Made by a program: the position numbers and the translations under genes
Source: Candidatus Woesearchaeota archaeon
GTDB lineage: Archaea; Nanobdellota; Nanobdellia; Nanobdellales; CAZNIQ01
Length of the DNA stretch: 5,324 nt
Reading direction: 5' to 3'
Assembly (NCBI GenBank): GCA_964573185.1
Contig: CAZNIQ010000032.1
Coordinates: 1-5,324 of the forward strand
Shown here: positions 4,593 to 5,324 of the stretch, in pieces
Layout: each line of letters opens with the position of its first letter
Numbering within the stretch: position 1 is the first letter of the stretch
Notes under the pieces: model-generated
Told to the model about the DNA's origin: nothing
Databases searched by the model: none
Seen by the model: the letters and a program-made list of their open reading frames with translations, nothing else

Positions 4593-5324
<732 letters not shown>

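Overview
The window is AT-rich (about 30% GC by eye) and its proteins are rich in Lys, Glu and Ile. It looks like a compact segment of a (hyper)thermophilic archaeal chromosome. Support for this: an archaeal-type triosephosphate isomerase C-terminus, an archaeal-type CMP-kinase-like gene, and TATA-like boxes centred about 26 nt upstream of start codons, which implies leaderless mRNAs. Gene order is as follows. (1) A 5'-truncated GT4 glycosyltransferase (+). (2) A 212-nt spacer with a palindrome-embedded promoter. (3) A COG1373-type AAA ATPase with a DUF4143/nuclease-like tail (+). (4) An RsmB/NOP2/Sun-family RNA m5C methyltransferase (+). (5) A 250-nt spacer holding the only GC-rich island in the window. 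(6) A vapB-vapC pair (RHH antitoxin plus PIN toxin, +). (7) A convergent cmk-like kinase (-) whose start overlaps the end of tpiA (-, cut by the window edge). The most interesting signals are two box C/D sRNA-like architectures that bracket the RNA methyltransferase gene. One fills the ATPase/methyltransferase junction on the + strand. The other lies on the - strand in the GC island, downstream of a TATA element it appears to share with vapB. The second candidate coincides with what reads like a frameshifted HEPN/DUF86 toxin remnant, so the two explanations compete. Both sRNA calls are hypotheses from motif geometry only. I saw no CRISPR array, tRNA, rRNA, IS element or integrase.
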